Below, one piece after another: positions 27,080 through 37,121 of a stretch of 64,000 nucleotides of DNA. Each line of letters begins with the position of its first letter. Position 1 is the first letter of the stretch. Both the position numbers and the translations under genes were made by a program. The notes below the pieces were generated by a model that was given only the letters and a program-made list of their open reading frames with translations, did not search any database and was not told where the DNA came from. Source of the DNA: SAR324 cluster bacterium (GTDB taxonomy: Bacteria; SAR324; NAC60-12); the NCBI GenBank assembly GCA_015232315.1, contig JADFZZ010000027.1, positions 482 to 64,481 of the forward strand, written 5' to 3'.

Positions 27080-28615
27080 ATGAAAATTCTGATTATTGAT
27101 GGGAGCCGTGTGGCTCGGACTTTTATCAAACGAGAGCTTTCGTCACTCCCGGATGCTCAGTTCTTTGAAGCGGAAAATGGAGAGGAAGGCTTCAACCAGG
27201 TTTTAAAGTATGTTCCTGATCTGATCACCATGGGACTCATCATGAAAGGCAATGACAACAACAGCCTGATCATGAAAATTCGTCACACCCCTGAATTGTC
27301 GCATATCCCCGTAATTGTGATCACCTCCAGCACAGAAGATGAAGCGATCAATCATGCCTTTGATGCCGGAGCCGCGGAAATTTTTTTCAAACCGTTTCCT
27401 GACGGGAAATTGATGAATTATGTCAAGACCATGTTCCGAAAGGAGCAGGATCTGACAAACATCAATATTCTGGTGGCGGATGATTCTTCCACGGTCCGTT
27501 CCATCATCCTCCGCACCTTGTCATCTGTAGGCGCGACTACCTTTGGCTGTGTCAACGGGGAAGAAGCCATCGAAATTCTGAATCGTCAACCCATTGATAT
27601 GATTATTTCCGATTATATCATGCCCAAAAAAGATGGCATTGAAGTCTGCAAATATGTTCGCACAGAACTCAATCGTGATGATATTCCGTTCATTCTGCTG
27701 ACTGCTGTAGGCGAACGTTCTGTGGTGCTGGACGCCCTGAATGCCGGAGCCAATGATTATCTGACCAAGCCTTTTTCAAGGGAAGAAATCATGGCGCGTA
27801 TCAAAAACCATGTGCGTATGATTCATTTCAACCGCAGGCTTCAACTGGAACTCGCCGAACGTAAAAAACGGGAACTTGCCATGATTTATGAACTGAATCA
27901 GGCCAGAGAAACCCAGAAAGTTTTGTTGCCCACCAAACTTCCTGAAATCCCGGGAGCCAGACTGGCGGCCAAGTATGTGCCGATGGACCAGATCGGTGGT
28001 GATTTTTATAATATTTTCCCGTTGGAAGATAACAGGTTCGGCATCATGATCGCGGATGTCACCGGGCACGGCGTTCCAGCGGCGCTGATCTCATTCATGG
28101 TGTCAGGGATCTTTACCAATAACGCTTTAACGGTTCCTTCTTCCACCAAACTGGTCATGGATCTCACCAATCATTATCTGCACGGAAAATTAAGAGATGA
28201 TAAATTTGCCACCATGTTTTACGCGATTTATGACGCTGATGAGCAATCACTCCTGTTCACCAATGCCGGACACAATGTCGCCTATGTTTTCCGTGGCGAA
28301 ACCGATGAGCATTTTGAGTTGGACACGGATGGAATTTTTCTGGGGCCATTCCCCAATGAAATCACCAATTACAAAGAAAAAGAATTTCAGTTCAATCCGG
28401 GAGACCGGTTGCTTTTGTATACCGACGCGATCATGGAAATTGCTGATGAGACAGGGGAAATGTTTGGCGAAGAACGGCTCCTTGCGTTGGTAAAGTCCAA
28501 CAAGGACACACCGCTGAATGAACTCCTGGACCTGATTTATGACGAATGCCTGCGATTTTCCGGAAGAGATGGCATGGCCGATGACTGTACCATGGTCGCC
28601 CTGGAAATTCTGTAG
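27080..28615 (+). CDS. REC-REC-PP2C (RsbU/SpoIIE-like) phosphatase
   Basis: Two receivers; 'GGDFY', 'ADVTGHG', 'YTDA', 'DDCT'. Confidence 0.92.
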   Translation: MKILIIDGSRVARTFIKRELSSLPDAQFFEAENGEEGFNQVLKYVPDLITMGLIMKGNDNNSLIMKIRHTPELSHIPVIVITSSTEDEAINHAFDAGAAEIFFKPFPDGKLMNYVKTMFRKEQDLTNINILVADDSSTVRSIILRTLSSVGATTFGCVNGEEAIEILNRQPIDMIISDYIMPKKDGIEVCKYVRTELNRDDIPFILLTAVGERSVVLDALNAGANDYLTKPFSREEIMARIKNHVRMIHFNRRLQLELAERKKRELAMIYELNQARETQKVLLPTKLPEIPGARLAAKYVPMDQIGGDFYNIFPLEDNRFGIMIADVTGHGVPAALISFMVSGIFTNNALTVPSSTKLVMDLTNHYLHGKLRDDKFATMFYAIYDADEQSLLFTNAGHNVAYVFRGETDEHFELDTDGIFLGPFPNEITNYKEKEFQFNPGDRLLLYTDAIMEIADETGEMFGEERLLALVKSNKDTPLNELLDLIYDECLRFSGRDGMADDCTMVALEIL

Positions 28616-28622
28616 AGATCCT

Positions 28623-29435
28623 ATGTCCACATCCGTAACATGGCTGGGTACTGCCAGCCTTGAAATTCAATACAACGAACAGCTTGTCCTGCTTGATCCG
28701 TATCTTTCCAGATTGAATAAATGGAAGGTCGCATTTTGTAAACTGCATCCGGACACCGATAACATCACCCGCTATCTGGGGCAACTTCCATCGTCACCTT
28801 CAGCCTTGATTGTCACGCATACCCATTTTGATCATGTGCTGGATATTCCGTCACTGCTTCCGCATATTCAGGGACCTGTGGTTGGCTCTGACAGTCTCGC
28901 CACTATCCTGGAAATGGTGGAGGCCTATGACCGTGTGACCATTTGCCATGGAAATGAAACATTGGCTCTGACCAATGACATCACTGTGACCATGATTCGA
29001 TCCCGACATGGACTGGTGATTCTGGGTAGAGTTCCCTATCCGGGTGAAAATATTCCGGCAAATCTTCCCTGGAGAACCAGAGATTATCGTCATGGGTTGG
29101 TTTTCATTCCGAAAATTGTGATGCCGGAACTGACGCTCATGGCTGTGAGTTCCGCACATTTCATCCCGGAAACGCTGGAGGGGCATCGCTGTGATGTTCT
29201 GTTTCTATGTGTTCCCGGCTGGAAACGTGTTGCGGAGTATCCTCAAAAGCTGATTGAGATCGTTCAACCTCAGGTTGTCATCCCGATTCATTTTGATGAT
29301 TTCACAAAACCTGTTCAGGGAAAAACACCCATGCTGCCCAAACAGGATCTGGAAGGATTTACCACAATAATCCGTAAATCTTTTCCGAAGATTGACCTCA
29401 AAATTCCAGAAATTGGCATTCCACTGAAATTCTAA
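28623..29435 (+). CDS. MBL-fold metallo-hydrolase
   Basis: 'THTHFDH', 'LLDPYLSR', 'PIHFDDF'. Confidence 0.88.
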   Translation: MSTSVTWLGTASLEIQYNEQLVLLDPYLSRLNKWKVAFCKLHPDTDNITRYLGQLPSSPSALIVTHTHFDHVLDIPSLLPHIQGPVVGSDSLATILEMVEAYDRVTICHGNETLALTNDITVTMIRSRHGLVILGRVPYPGENIPANLPWRTRDYRHGLVFIPKIVMPELTLMAVSSAHFIPETLEGHRCDVLFLCVPGWKRVAEYPQKLIEIVQPQVVIPIHFDDFTKPVQGKTPMLPKQDLEGFTTIIRKSFPKIDLKIPEIGIPLKF

Positions 29436-29502
29436 TTCCTGTTGAACCGGGGAATCATCGGATCTTATTTAATTTTCAATCCCAGACTTCTTATTCGTTG
29501 GC

Positions 29503-29633
29503 CTGGGCTGTTCACTTCTATGGTAGGACGGGACTACGTGCCCGTCAAAAATACGATTTTGGCGTTTGCGGGGCATGTAATCCCCGCCTACCATCCGGTT
29601 GACGCTCAAAACAAGGAGAAATGAACAGCCCTG
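29503..29633 (+). mobile_element. MITE family D (131 bp), ISAs1-like ends, degenerate 10-bp TSD
   Basis: TIRs ctgggctgttcacttct / agaaatgaacagccctg; flanks attcgttggc / atatgttggc; second copy at 50280-50411. Confidence 0.85.
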
Positions 29634-29666
29634 ATATGTTGGCGTGAAAACAAACCAGGAGACATC

Positions 29667-30437
29667 ATGAAGAGAACACGATTTTCTCTTGTAACCTTGC
29701 GCGTGCTGGCGTTCGCCGGACTCGTGCTGTTGTGCAACCGACCGGCTTATGCCGACGAGCTACGAGTTGCGGTAGCGAGTAACTTCTCTGACGCAATCAA
29801 AGAGATCGCTCAGGCCTTTGAGAAAAAAACTGACCACCAGATCACGCTGGCTTTCGGATCAACCGGGAAGCACTACGCGCAGATCAAGAACGGAGCACCG
29901 TTTCATGCCTTTTTCGCTGCCGATGTCGAACGACCGAAGTTGCTTGAAGAGGAGGGTGTCGCACAGCCGGACAGCCGCTTCACCTATGCTGTCGGCAAGG
30001 TGTTGCTGTGGAGTCCGACTGAGGATTTGGTGGATGCCAGAGGTGAGGTGCTGAACAGTGGCCGGTTTCGCTACCTGGCTCTGGCGAACCCGAAACTCGC
30101 ACCCTACGGAAATGCGGCGGAGCAGGTGCTCCAGGCAAAAGGAGCCTGGGAAACCCTGCAAAACCGGATGGTGCGCGGCGAAAATATCGGCCAGACCTAC
30201 CAGTTTGTCATAAGCGGTAATGCTGAATTGGGATTCGTCGCCCTCTCGCAGGTCAAGAAACCGGGTGCTACCATCACAGGCTCTTACTGGGCGCCGCCTC
30301 AATCGTTCTATGACCCTATCGAGCAACAGGCCGTGTTATTGAAAAATAATGTTGTGGCACGTGATTTTCTGAGTTTCGTCAGGAGCGAACCGGTGCGCAA
30401 AATCATTCAAAACTATGGTTACGGGACACCTGAATGA
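29667..30437 (+). CDS. modA: Molybdate ABC transporter substrate-binding protein
   Basis: 'AVASNF', 'GSTGKHYAQI.NGAPF', 'ANPKLAPYG', 'GENIGQ'. Confidence 0.96.
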   Translation: MKRTRFSLVTLRVLAFAGLVLLCNRPAYADELRVAVASNFSDAIKEIAQAFEKKTDHQITLAFGSTGKHYAQIKNGAPFHAFFAADVERPKLLEEEGVAQPDSRFTYAVGKVLLWSPTEDLVDARGEVLNSGRFRYLALANPKLAPYGNAAEQVLQAKGAWETLQNRMVRGENIGQTYQFVISGNAELGFVALSQVKKPGATITGSYWAPPQSFYDPIEQQAVLLKNNVVARDFLSFVRSEPVRKIIQNYGYGTPE

Positions 30438-31114
30438 TCAATGAACACGATCTGACGGCGCTCGCCACTTCGCTAAAGCTGGCGGCAGTCACCACACTGA
30501 TTCTGTTGATGATTGGCACGCCCATCGCCTGGTGGCTGGCACGCAGCCGTTGGCGTTTCAAGTTTCTGCTGGAGGCCGTAGTAGCGCTTCCGCTGGTGTT
30601 GCCGCCGACCGTGCTCGGCTTCTATCTGCTGGTCGCACTGGGTCCACACGGACCAATTGGCAGACTCATGGAGATGCTGGGTGGCCGCCCGCTGGCTTTT
30701 ACCTTTACAGGGCTGGTTATCGGGTCGGTATTCTATTCCATGCCCTTCGTCATCCAGCCTCTGCAGGATGCCTTTACCACCGTTGGCCGCAGGCCATTGG
30801 AAGTGGCCGCCACCCTGCGGGCCTCGCCCCTGGATCGTTTTTTCACCGTTGCTGTGCCACTGGCCCGTCCCGGCTTTTTGACCGCCGCCGTTCTTGGCTT
30901 CGCGCACACCCTGGGGGAATTCGGCGTAGTGCTGATGATTGGCGGGAATATCCCGGGCCAAACGCAAGTGATCTCCATTGCCATCTATGATCATGTGGAA
31001 GCGCTGGAATATACCAAGGCGCACTGGATTTCCGGTGGGCTGCTGCTCCTTTCTTTCTCTCTGTTGATGGTAGTCTATGTCGTCAATAAACGTTTCACGG
31101 CGATACAATCATGA
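30434..31114 (+). CDS. modB: Molybdate ABC transporter permease
   Basis: 'LPLVLPPTVLGFYLL', 'FAHTLGEFG', 'GGNIPGQT'. Confidence 0.96.
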   Translation: MINEHDLTALATSLKLAAVTTLILLMIGTPIAWWLARSRWRFKFLLEAVVALPLVLPPTVLGFYLLVALGPHGPIGRLMEMLGGRPLAFTFTGLVIGSVFYSMPFVIQPLQDAFTTVGRRPLEVAATLRASPLDRFFTVAVPLARPGFLTAAVLGFAHTLGEFGVVLMIGGNIPGQTQVISIAIYDHVEALEYTKAHWISGGLLLLSFSLLMVVYVVNKRFTAIQS

Positions 31115-32178
31115 CTATCGAAGCACGTTTCAGGATTGACCGGGGGAATTTCTTGCTGGATGTGGATCTCGCAATCCCCAGGCGCGGTGTCACGGCACTG
31201 TTCGGACCTTCCGGCTGCGGCAAGACCACGTTGCTACGGGCCATCGCTGGATTGGAGCGATCGCCGGGCGGTTATCTCAAGGTTGGCGACGCAATATGGC
31301 AAGACCCCGGGCAATTCCTGGCACCGCATCGCCGACAACTTGGATATGTTTTTCAGGAACCCAGCCTGTTTGCGCATCTCGATGTTCGGCGCAATATTGA
31401 ATACGGTCTCAAGCGTCTTGAAGCCCGACAACGAAAGGTGTCGCTCGAACGCGCGGTTGAACTACTGGGTATCGGGCACCTGCTTGAGAGTAGACCTCAT
31501 CAGTTATCCGGAGGTGAGCAGCAACGCGTTGCCATAGCCCGTGCACTGGCAGTCAGCCCCGCCATGCTGTTGCTCGATGAACCTCTGGCCGCACTCGACA
31601 CGCAACGCAAACAGGAGATTCTGCCTTATTTGGAATCACTGCACCGTGAGTTAGAGATCCCGGTGCTTTACGTCAGCCATTCCCGCCAGGAAGTCGCACG
31701 ACTGGCAGATCATATGGTGCTGTTGGCGGAGGGGCGGGTCAAGGCTTCAGGGCGGGTTAATGAACTGTTCTCCCGTCTCGATCTGGCATTGGCTCACGAA
31801 CCAGATGCGGAGACGGTGATCGACGCCGTGGTCGCTGGACACGATAAGGCCTACGGCCTCACGTACATCGATTTTCCCGGTGGTCGATTCGCCGTAACAG
31901 GCAAACCGTTCCCCGTAGCAAGTCAAGTGCGTCTCCAGGTATTGGCCCGGGATGTTAGCCTTACCCTGGAACCACAGAGCAAAACCAGCATCCTCAATAT
32001 CTTCCCGGCCACAGTGGAGCAACTTGCGGAGGAGGGCGAAGCACAGATCACTGTACGCTTGAATGTGGGCTCCGTCCCCTTGTTATCGCGAATTACCCGC
32101 AAATCTACTGATGATCTCGGTCTGAAACCGGGAGTGGCGGTGTACGCTCAGGTGAAGAGTGTCGCTTTGTTGATGTGA
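31111..32178 (+). CDS. modC: Molybdate ABC transporter ATPase
   Basis: Walker A 'GPSGCGKT', 'LSGGEQQR', 'LLLDEP', C-terminal TOBE domains. Confidence 0.96.
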   Translation: MTIEARFRIDRGNFLLDVDLAIPRRGVTALFGPSGCGKTTLLRAIAGLERSPGGYLKVGDAIWQDPGQFLAPHRRQLGYVFQEPSLFAHLDVRRNIEYGLKRLEARQRKVSLERAVELLGIGHLLESRPHQLSGGEQQRVAIARALAVSPAMLLLDEPLAALDTQRKQEILPYLESLHRELEIPVLYVSHSRQEVARLADHMVLLAEGRVKASGRVNELFSRLDLALAHEPDAETVIDAVVAGHDKAYGLTYIDFPGGRFAVTGKPFPVASQVRLQVLARDVSLTLEPQSKTSILNIFPATVEQLAEEGEAQITVRLNVGSVPLLSRITRKSTDDLGLKPGVAVYAQVKSVALLM

Positions 32179-32232
32179 GCATTGAGTGACTGTTTGAATT
32201 GCGACTGCGGCATATTGATGGAAAACGCGGCA

Positions 32233-34506
32233 CTACACCGTTTTTTCTTTTTCAACTTTTTCATATTGGCTGACAAAATCACGCAGACGGTCCTGAAATT
32301 TTTTGAACTTTTTGTAAAGTTCCGGTGGGAAACTCTCGATCACATCAATCATTGCCTGAAATACCAGGGGCCTGAGCTGACTGGCAATTTCAATATTTTC
32401 CAGTTCATACCTGGTTTTATTCACTGTTCTGGAAAAATCCACATTTTGTGAAGTTCCTGTATAAATTTTGATGGGATTGGTTCGATATAGCTGAAAATAA
32501 GGAACCGGTTGAGCATATTTATCAAAGGGAGCTTTGCCCAACACCAGAAACTGATCTTTGCCTGTTTTCAGATAGATGCCAATCTCGTCCAACTCTTTCA
32601 TGGACTCCCGACCTGACATCTTGACCGTAATTTTATGGGTCACAAGCCTGGCATAGCCAAGATCCGAATAATAATCGAGGGCCGCTTTGACACAATTGAT
32701 ATAATCGTCATACAGATAGAGTTTCAGACTGGCCTGATCAAAGAAGTTTTTTTGTAGATTCGGGATCTTGGGTTCATAGATGGTGCTTTTGAATTCCCGA
32801 CCATAGCCATACCAGTCTGCTGACACCGGATCGAGCGTTTTTGCCAGATGTTCCATTTCGTCCAGTTCATTCTTTTGCGGTTTGAGCGCGGATTCCGGCT
32901 CATCCGGAAAAATTTTGAATTTCTGAACCAGCCTGGTTAAGGTGTTCATGAATCCCGAAAGTCTGGAACCTTTTTCTTTGACATCATCCATATGCACCTG
33001 GACGGTCCTGGCCATGTTGTCTTTTTCAGTTTGATTGTCGCTTTCCAGATCAGCGGTTCTAAGTCCTGTGGCGGGAGGTAGCTGATTGTCCTGGATCTGC
33101 CGGGCTTTACGTGCGGATGTGATGCTTTTATGAACGGCGGCGGCCAGCGTGGTCAACTGATTGAATGTCAAGCCCTCCAGCCATTCTTTTTCAGCGGTTC
33201 TTGCCTGCTGAAGCAGGGGTTCCTTGACAGATTTATAGTTTTGCGGAGATTTCAACAGGGAATAATGGGTTGATTTCATTTCCAGTTGTGCCGGAAACTG
33301 CTGATCCGAGGCATTCAGTTTCTTGAACAGTTCTCTTGCCTGCTGATAGGCATCGACTTTGAAAATAGCATACTGCGGTGTTGTTGACACACCTTTGGTG
33401 ATATTACGACAGTCCTGTTCATAGAGTGTATCGGTCAGCCACCAGGCGAGATATCGATGTTTCCAGCGAAGGTACAGGAGGATATGCGGATTTCCGAGTA
33501 ACCAGTAAATCAGTTCCCTGTAACGTTCGGACAGCAGGGCCAGGTTCAGATTTTCACCAAACAAGGGCGATTCAAGAGACATGAGCTGTACCGTATTTCC
33601 ATAAAGCGTTTTACGGCTCCAGGTCATGGAAGACTGAATGGATCTGGGCAGGAGATTTTTGATTTTTTTAAGTGATTCTTCTGCCTGAGCCACCAGGTTT
33701 TCCCTGTTTTTTTGTGCGTCTGCGGGCGCCAGCGAAGTGAAAAGTTCCGTGTTTTCCAGAATACTGCGAGTCACCCGGTATGTACTCAGGGCCTTCGAAG
33801 CGTAAATCCTGACAATTTTCTCCTTAACCTTGATATCCCCGGTGAATAACAGCTTCAATTTTGTCAGCATTTCCTCGGGATCGTTGAAAAAAGAGAAGAT
33901 TTTTTGAATTTCATGAAGCTGATCTTTGGGCAGTTGATCCAGATATTCCTGTAGAAACTCACATAAAATCACCGCCTCCTTGACGCTGTAAAGCCCGAAA
34001 ACCAGCCCTTCTTCAGTGGTGATGTCAGGCATACCCGCATCGGCCATGCCCTCAGACTCATCAGAAATCTGTGTCATGAAATAATCTTCAAGTTCCCGAA
34101 AATAATCATGAGCTTTTGCCATGAAGGGACGATCATCCGCCTCACTCAGGTCCGCTTCAACCTGTTCCAGATTTTCCGTTAAGGGCGAAACGGATTCAGT
34201 CTCAAGGTCTTCAGCTTCTTCGAAATAAGTGGTTTCTGTGTCCGCCTGTGTATCTTCTGCTGGCGTTTCATGATCCGCGTCCCAGGAGCCTGACTCAAAG
34301 TCATGATCTGATTCCAGCTCATGACCACTTTTATCTGCCGGAGTTCCTTTGACTTGTAGCGAATCATCTTCCGAGAAGGACAGGTCTTCAGCATCTTCAG
34401 CACTGTCATGCGTCTGATGAATCCCTGTACTGTTTTCATTGGGTTCATTTTTTTGGGAAATAATAATCACTTCCTCGTCTTTTTTATTGCGGATGTATCG
34501 TGTCAT
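32233..34506 (-). CDS. Large hypothetical protein with acidic disordered N-terminus
   Basis: About 757 aa ORF starting 2 bp after the proS stop; first about 150 aa D/E-rich. Confidence 0.75.
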   Translation of the reverse strand: MTRYIRNKKDEEVIIISQKNEPNENSTGIHQTHDSAEDAEDLSFSEDDSLQVKGTPADKSGHELESDHDFESGSWDADHETPAEDTQADTETTYFEEAEDLETESVSPLTENLEQVEADLSEADDRPFMAKAHDYFRELEDYFMTQISDESEGMADAGMPDITTEEGLVFGLYSVKEAVILCEFLQEYLDQLPKDQLHEIQKIFSFFNDPEEMLTKLKLLFTGDIKVKEKIVRIYASKALSTYRVTRSILENTELFTSLAPADAQKNRENLVAQAEESLKKIKNLLPRSIQSSMTWSRKTLYGNTVQLMSLESPLFGENLNLALLSERYRELIYWLLGNPHILLYLRWKHRYLAWWLTDTLYEQDCRNITKGVSTTPQYAIFKVDAYQQARELFKKLNASDQQFPAQLEMKSTHYSLLKSPQNYKSVKEPLLQQARTAEKEWLEGLTFNQLTTLAAAVHKSITSARKARQIQDNQLPPATGLRTADLESDNQTEKDNMARTVQVHMDDVKEKGSRLSGFMNTLTRLVQKFKIFPDEPESALKPQKNELDEMEHLAKTLDPVSADWYGYGREFKSTIYEPKIPNLQKNFFDQASLKLYLYDDYINCVKAALDYYSDLGYARLVTHKITVKMSGRESMKELDEIGIYLKTGKDQFLVLGKAPFDKYAQPVPYFQLYRTNPIKIYTGTSQNVDFSRTVNKTRYELENIEIASQLRPLVFQAMIDVIESFPPELYKKFKKFQDRLRDFVSQYEKVEKEKTV

Positions 34507-34508
34507 GT

Positions 34509-35948
34509 TCAATACGCTATGGCAAAAATGGCTTCCTGTTTAGAGGGTTCACCCGTCACGATGCATTTGCCTGGAACAGGTTGCTCTGTGAAGGGCAGGC
34601 AACGAATTGTGGCTTTTGTTTCCTCTTTTATTTTTTCTTCAATCGCACTGGAACCATTCCAATGCGCGCGGATGAATCCTCCCCGGGAGTCGATGACCTG
34701 TTTGAATTCATCGTAACTGCTGACAGTATGGGTGTTTTCCTGCCGGAATGTCATGGCTCGCTGATAAAGATTGTGGTGAATTGCTTCCATCAGTTCCTTG
34801 ACTTTGTCAGCAATGGCGTCCAGGGGAACGGAAACTTTCTCCCGTTTGTCACGACGGGCAATCATGCCTGCCTGTTTTTCAACATCACGAGGCCCTATTT
34901 CGATCCGTAAGGGAACACCTTGCTGGATCCAGTGGAAGAACTTGTCAGCCGGACGTAAATTATCACGGGTGTCCACTTTGACTCTCAGTTTGTCCAGCAC
35001 TCCATGCAATCGCTGTGCGACAGCATCCGCAAATTCAAGGGTTTTGGCTTTTTCTTCATCATTGGTGAAAATTGGCACAATCACCACCGCAACAGGCGCG
35101 ATTCTGGGGGGGACGATCAATCCGTCATCATCGCTATGGGTCATGATCAACCCGCCGATCATCCGGGTGGAACAGCCCCAACTGGTGGTCCAGGCATACT
35201 GCTGCTGGTTTTCCCGATCCAGATACTGAATATTGAACGCCTTTGCGAAATTTTGTCCCAAATTGTGGGAAGTTGCGCTTTGCAGAGCTTTCCCATCCTG
35301 CATCATGGCTTCAATCGTATAGGTTGAAACCGCTCCCGGAAATTTTTCAGATTCTGATTTTTGCCCCTTGATGACAGGAATTGCCAGATATTCTTCCTGA
35401 AACTGGCGATAGATTTCCAGCATACGCAACGTTTCCTCCTGTGCTTCCTCAAAGGTTTCGTGCGCAGTGTGTCCTTCCTGCCATAAAAATTCAGAAGTTC
35501 GTAGAAACAAGCGGGTACGTTTTTCCCAACGCATCACGTTGCACCATTGATTGATCAGAACTGGCAGGTCCCGGTAACTGCCAACCCATTGGGAATACAT
35601 GTGGCCGATGACGGTTTCAGAGGTTGGGCGGATCATCAGTGGTTCTTCAAGTTTTTTGCCGCCGCCATGGGTCACGACCGCACACTCCGGACTGAAACCT
35701 TCCACATGCTGGGCCTCTTTTTCCATAAAACTTTGAGGAATCAGCAACGGAAAATAAGCATTCACATGGCCTGTTTCCTTAAACATCCGATCAAGTTGTG
35801 CCTGCATGGATTCCCAAAGCGCATACCCTGTGGGGCGAATCACCATGCATCCTTTGACCGGGGCATAATCGGCAAGTTGTCCGGCGTTGATCACATCAAG
35901 ATACCACTGTGAATAATTTTCTTTACGCGGGGTAATGTTTTTGGCCAT
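34509..35948 (-). CDS. proS: Proline--tRNA ligase (archaeal/eukaryote-like type)
   Basis: 'IRPTSET', '[16 protein letters not shown]', '[12 protein letters not shown]', C-terminal Tyr; no INS editing domain. Confidence 0.97.
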   Translation of the reverse strand: MAKNITPRKENYSQWYLDVINAGQLADYAPVKGCMVIRPTGYALWESMQAQLDRMFKETGHVNAYFPLLIPQSFMEKEAQHVEGFSPECAVVTHGGGKKLEEPLMIRPTSETVIGHMYSQWVGSYRDLPVLINQWCNVMRWEKRTRLFLRTSEFLWQEGHTAHETFEEAQEETLRMLEIYRQFQEEYLAIPVIKGQKSESEKFPGAVSTYTIEAMMQDGKALQSATSHNLGQNFAKAFNIQYLDRENQQQYAWTTSWGCSTRMIGGLIMTHSDDDGLIVPPRIAPVAVVIVPIFTNDEEKAKTLEFADAVAQRLHGVLDKLRVKVDTRDNLRPADKFFHWIQQGVPLRIEIGPRDVEKQAGMIARRDKREKVSVPLDAIADKVKELMEAIHHNLYQRAMTFRQENTHTVSSYDEFKQVIDSRGGFIRAHWNGSSAIEEKIKEETKATIRCLPFTEQPVPGKCIVTGEPSKQEAIFAIAY

Positions 35949-36155
35949 ACGAACACACTCCAAGGGGTTTGAAAAAATAATAAAAGGATTGAATTTCAGG
36001 ATTTTCCAAGCCAGACACTACTAGTCACATTTTATAGTCTCAAGCTCTTTGTTAGCAGGCAAAAACCCTCAACAGGGTCAGATGCCGTTGATTCTGAGGG
36101 AGAAAATAATCTTGATAACGCAAGGAACACTTATTATGGTCAACAGACTTTTATA

Positions 36156-36317
36156 ACGTGAGTTCGGAATAAGGATTATCATGGAATAGACATCCCCCTA
36201 ACCCCCTTCCAAGGGGGAATTATGAAGCAATCCACCGAGAGAATCCCCCTTTGAGGGAGGCTTGGGGGGGGGCAATGCGGATTTAATTCGCTTTAATTTC
36301 TTATCCCGAACTCACGT
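36156..36317 (+). mobile_element. MITE family E (162 bp), IS982-like ends, TSD tttata
   Basis: TIRs acgtgagttcggaataag / cttatcccgaactcacgt; direct repeat tttata at 36150-36155 and 36318-36323. Confidence 0.85.
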
Positions 36318-36347
36318 TTTATAATAAAAAAACCGTGGTTTTCATGA

Positions 36348-36905
36348 ATGTTTGTTTCAACGGATGGAATGAAACATTTTTTTAATTTTTTCAGTCAAAT
36401 CAAGGAGACCCCCTTGTTTGGTAAAAAACGACCCGAATTTATCAAAGGTGCCACCCCCACCTATGTCGGAAGCGGAATGAAAATTGAGGGCAAGCTGCGT
36501 TGCGGTGGTCCGATCCGGATTGATGGTGAAATCCGGGGAACTATTGATTGTGAAAGTGAAATCACGATTGGCCCCTCCGCCTTGATTATCGCCACGGTCC
36601 GTGCGGCCAAAGTGGTTGTCAATGGTAAAATTGAAGGCAATTTATTCACATCGGAACATCTCGAGGTTTTGAGTCAAGGCTATATCGTCGGAAATGTGAC
36701 CACTCCACGCGGTTGTATGGTGGTGCATGAAGGCGCGATCATCGAAGGTCAATGCCTGGTATTTTCATCATCGTCATCCGCGGAGCCGTCAAAAACTCTG
36801 CTTGAGGCTCCCGACGACAGCAGAATGCTTGAAGATTTTGTCAATGAAGCCGCCAGAAATGTTTCTCACGCAGGAATGAAAGCTGCTCCCGTTTCCAGGA
36901 AATGA
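36348..36905 (+). CDS. Bactofilin (polymer-forming cytoskeletal protein)
   Basis: 'IEGKL..GPIRIDGEIRGTI', 'VVVNGKIEGNL', 'EGAIIEG'. Confidence 0.9.
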   Translation: MFVSTDGMKHFFNFFSQIKETPLFGKKRPEFIKGATPTYVGSGMKIEGKLRCGGPIRIDGEIRGTIDCESEITIGPSALIIATVRAAKVVVNGKIEGNLFTSEHLEVLSQGYIVGNVTTPRGCMVVHEGAIIEGQCLVFSSSSSAEPSKTLLEAPDDSRMLEDFVNEAARNVSHAGMKAAPVSRK

Positions 36906-36906
36906 T

Positions 36907-37116
36907 ATGCGGAGTGTGTTCCTCAACGGACAAAAACATGAGGTTCCTGCACATTTCACTCTGCATCAACTGCTCAAAACGCTCCCTCTTGTGTCTCTCG
37001 AACATGGCATTGCCGTCTGTGTGAATGATGAAGTGATTCCCAGAAAAAATTGGTCCGGGTGCCAGTTGCAGGATCAAGACCGGATTGATGTCGTACATGC
37101 CACCCAGGGAGGCTGA
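36907..37116 (+). CDS. thiS: Sulfur carrier protein ThiS
   Basis: 69 aa; 'IAVCVNDEVIPR..W', C-terminal GG. Confidence 0.9.
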   Translation: MRSVFLNGQKHEVPAHFTLHQLLKTLPLVSLEHGIAVCVNDEVIPRKNWSGCQLQDQDRIDVVHATQGG

Positions 37117-37121
37117 CAACA

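Noticed and set aside
29442-29624. 60-aa ORF upstream of modA (and 50322-50504)
   Set aside because: Reads through MITE D; no coding evidence
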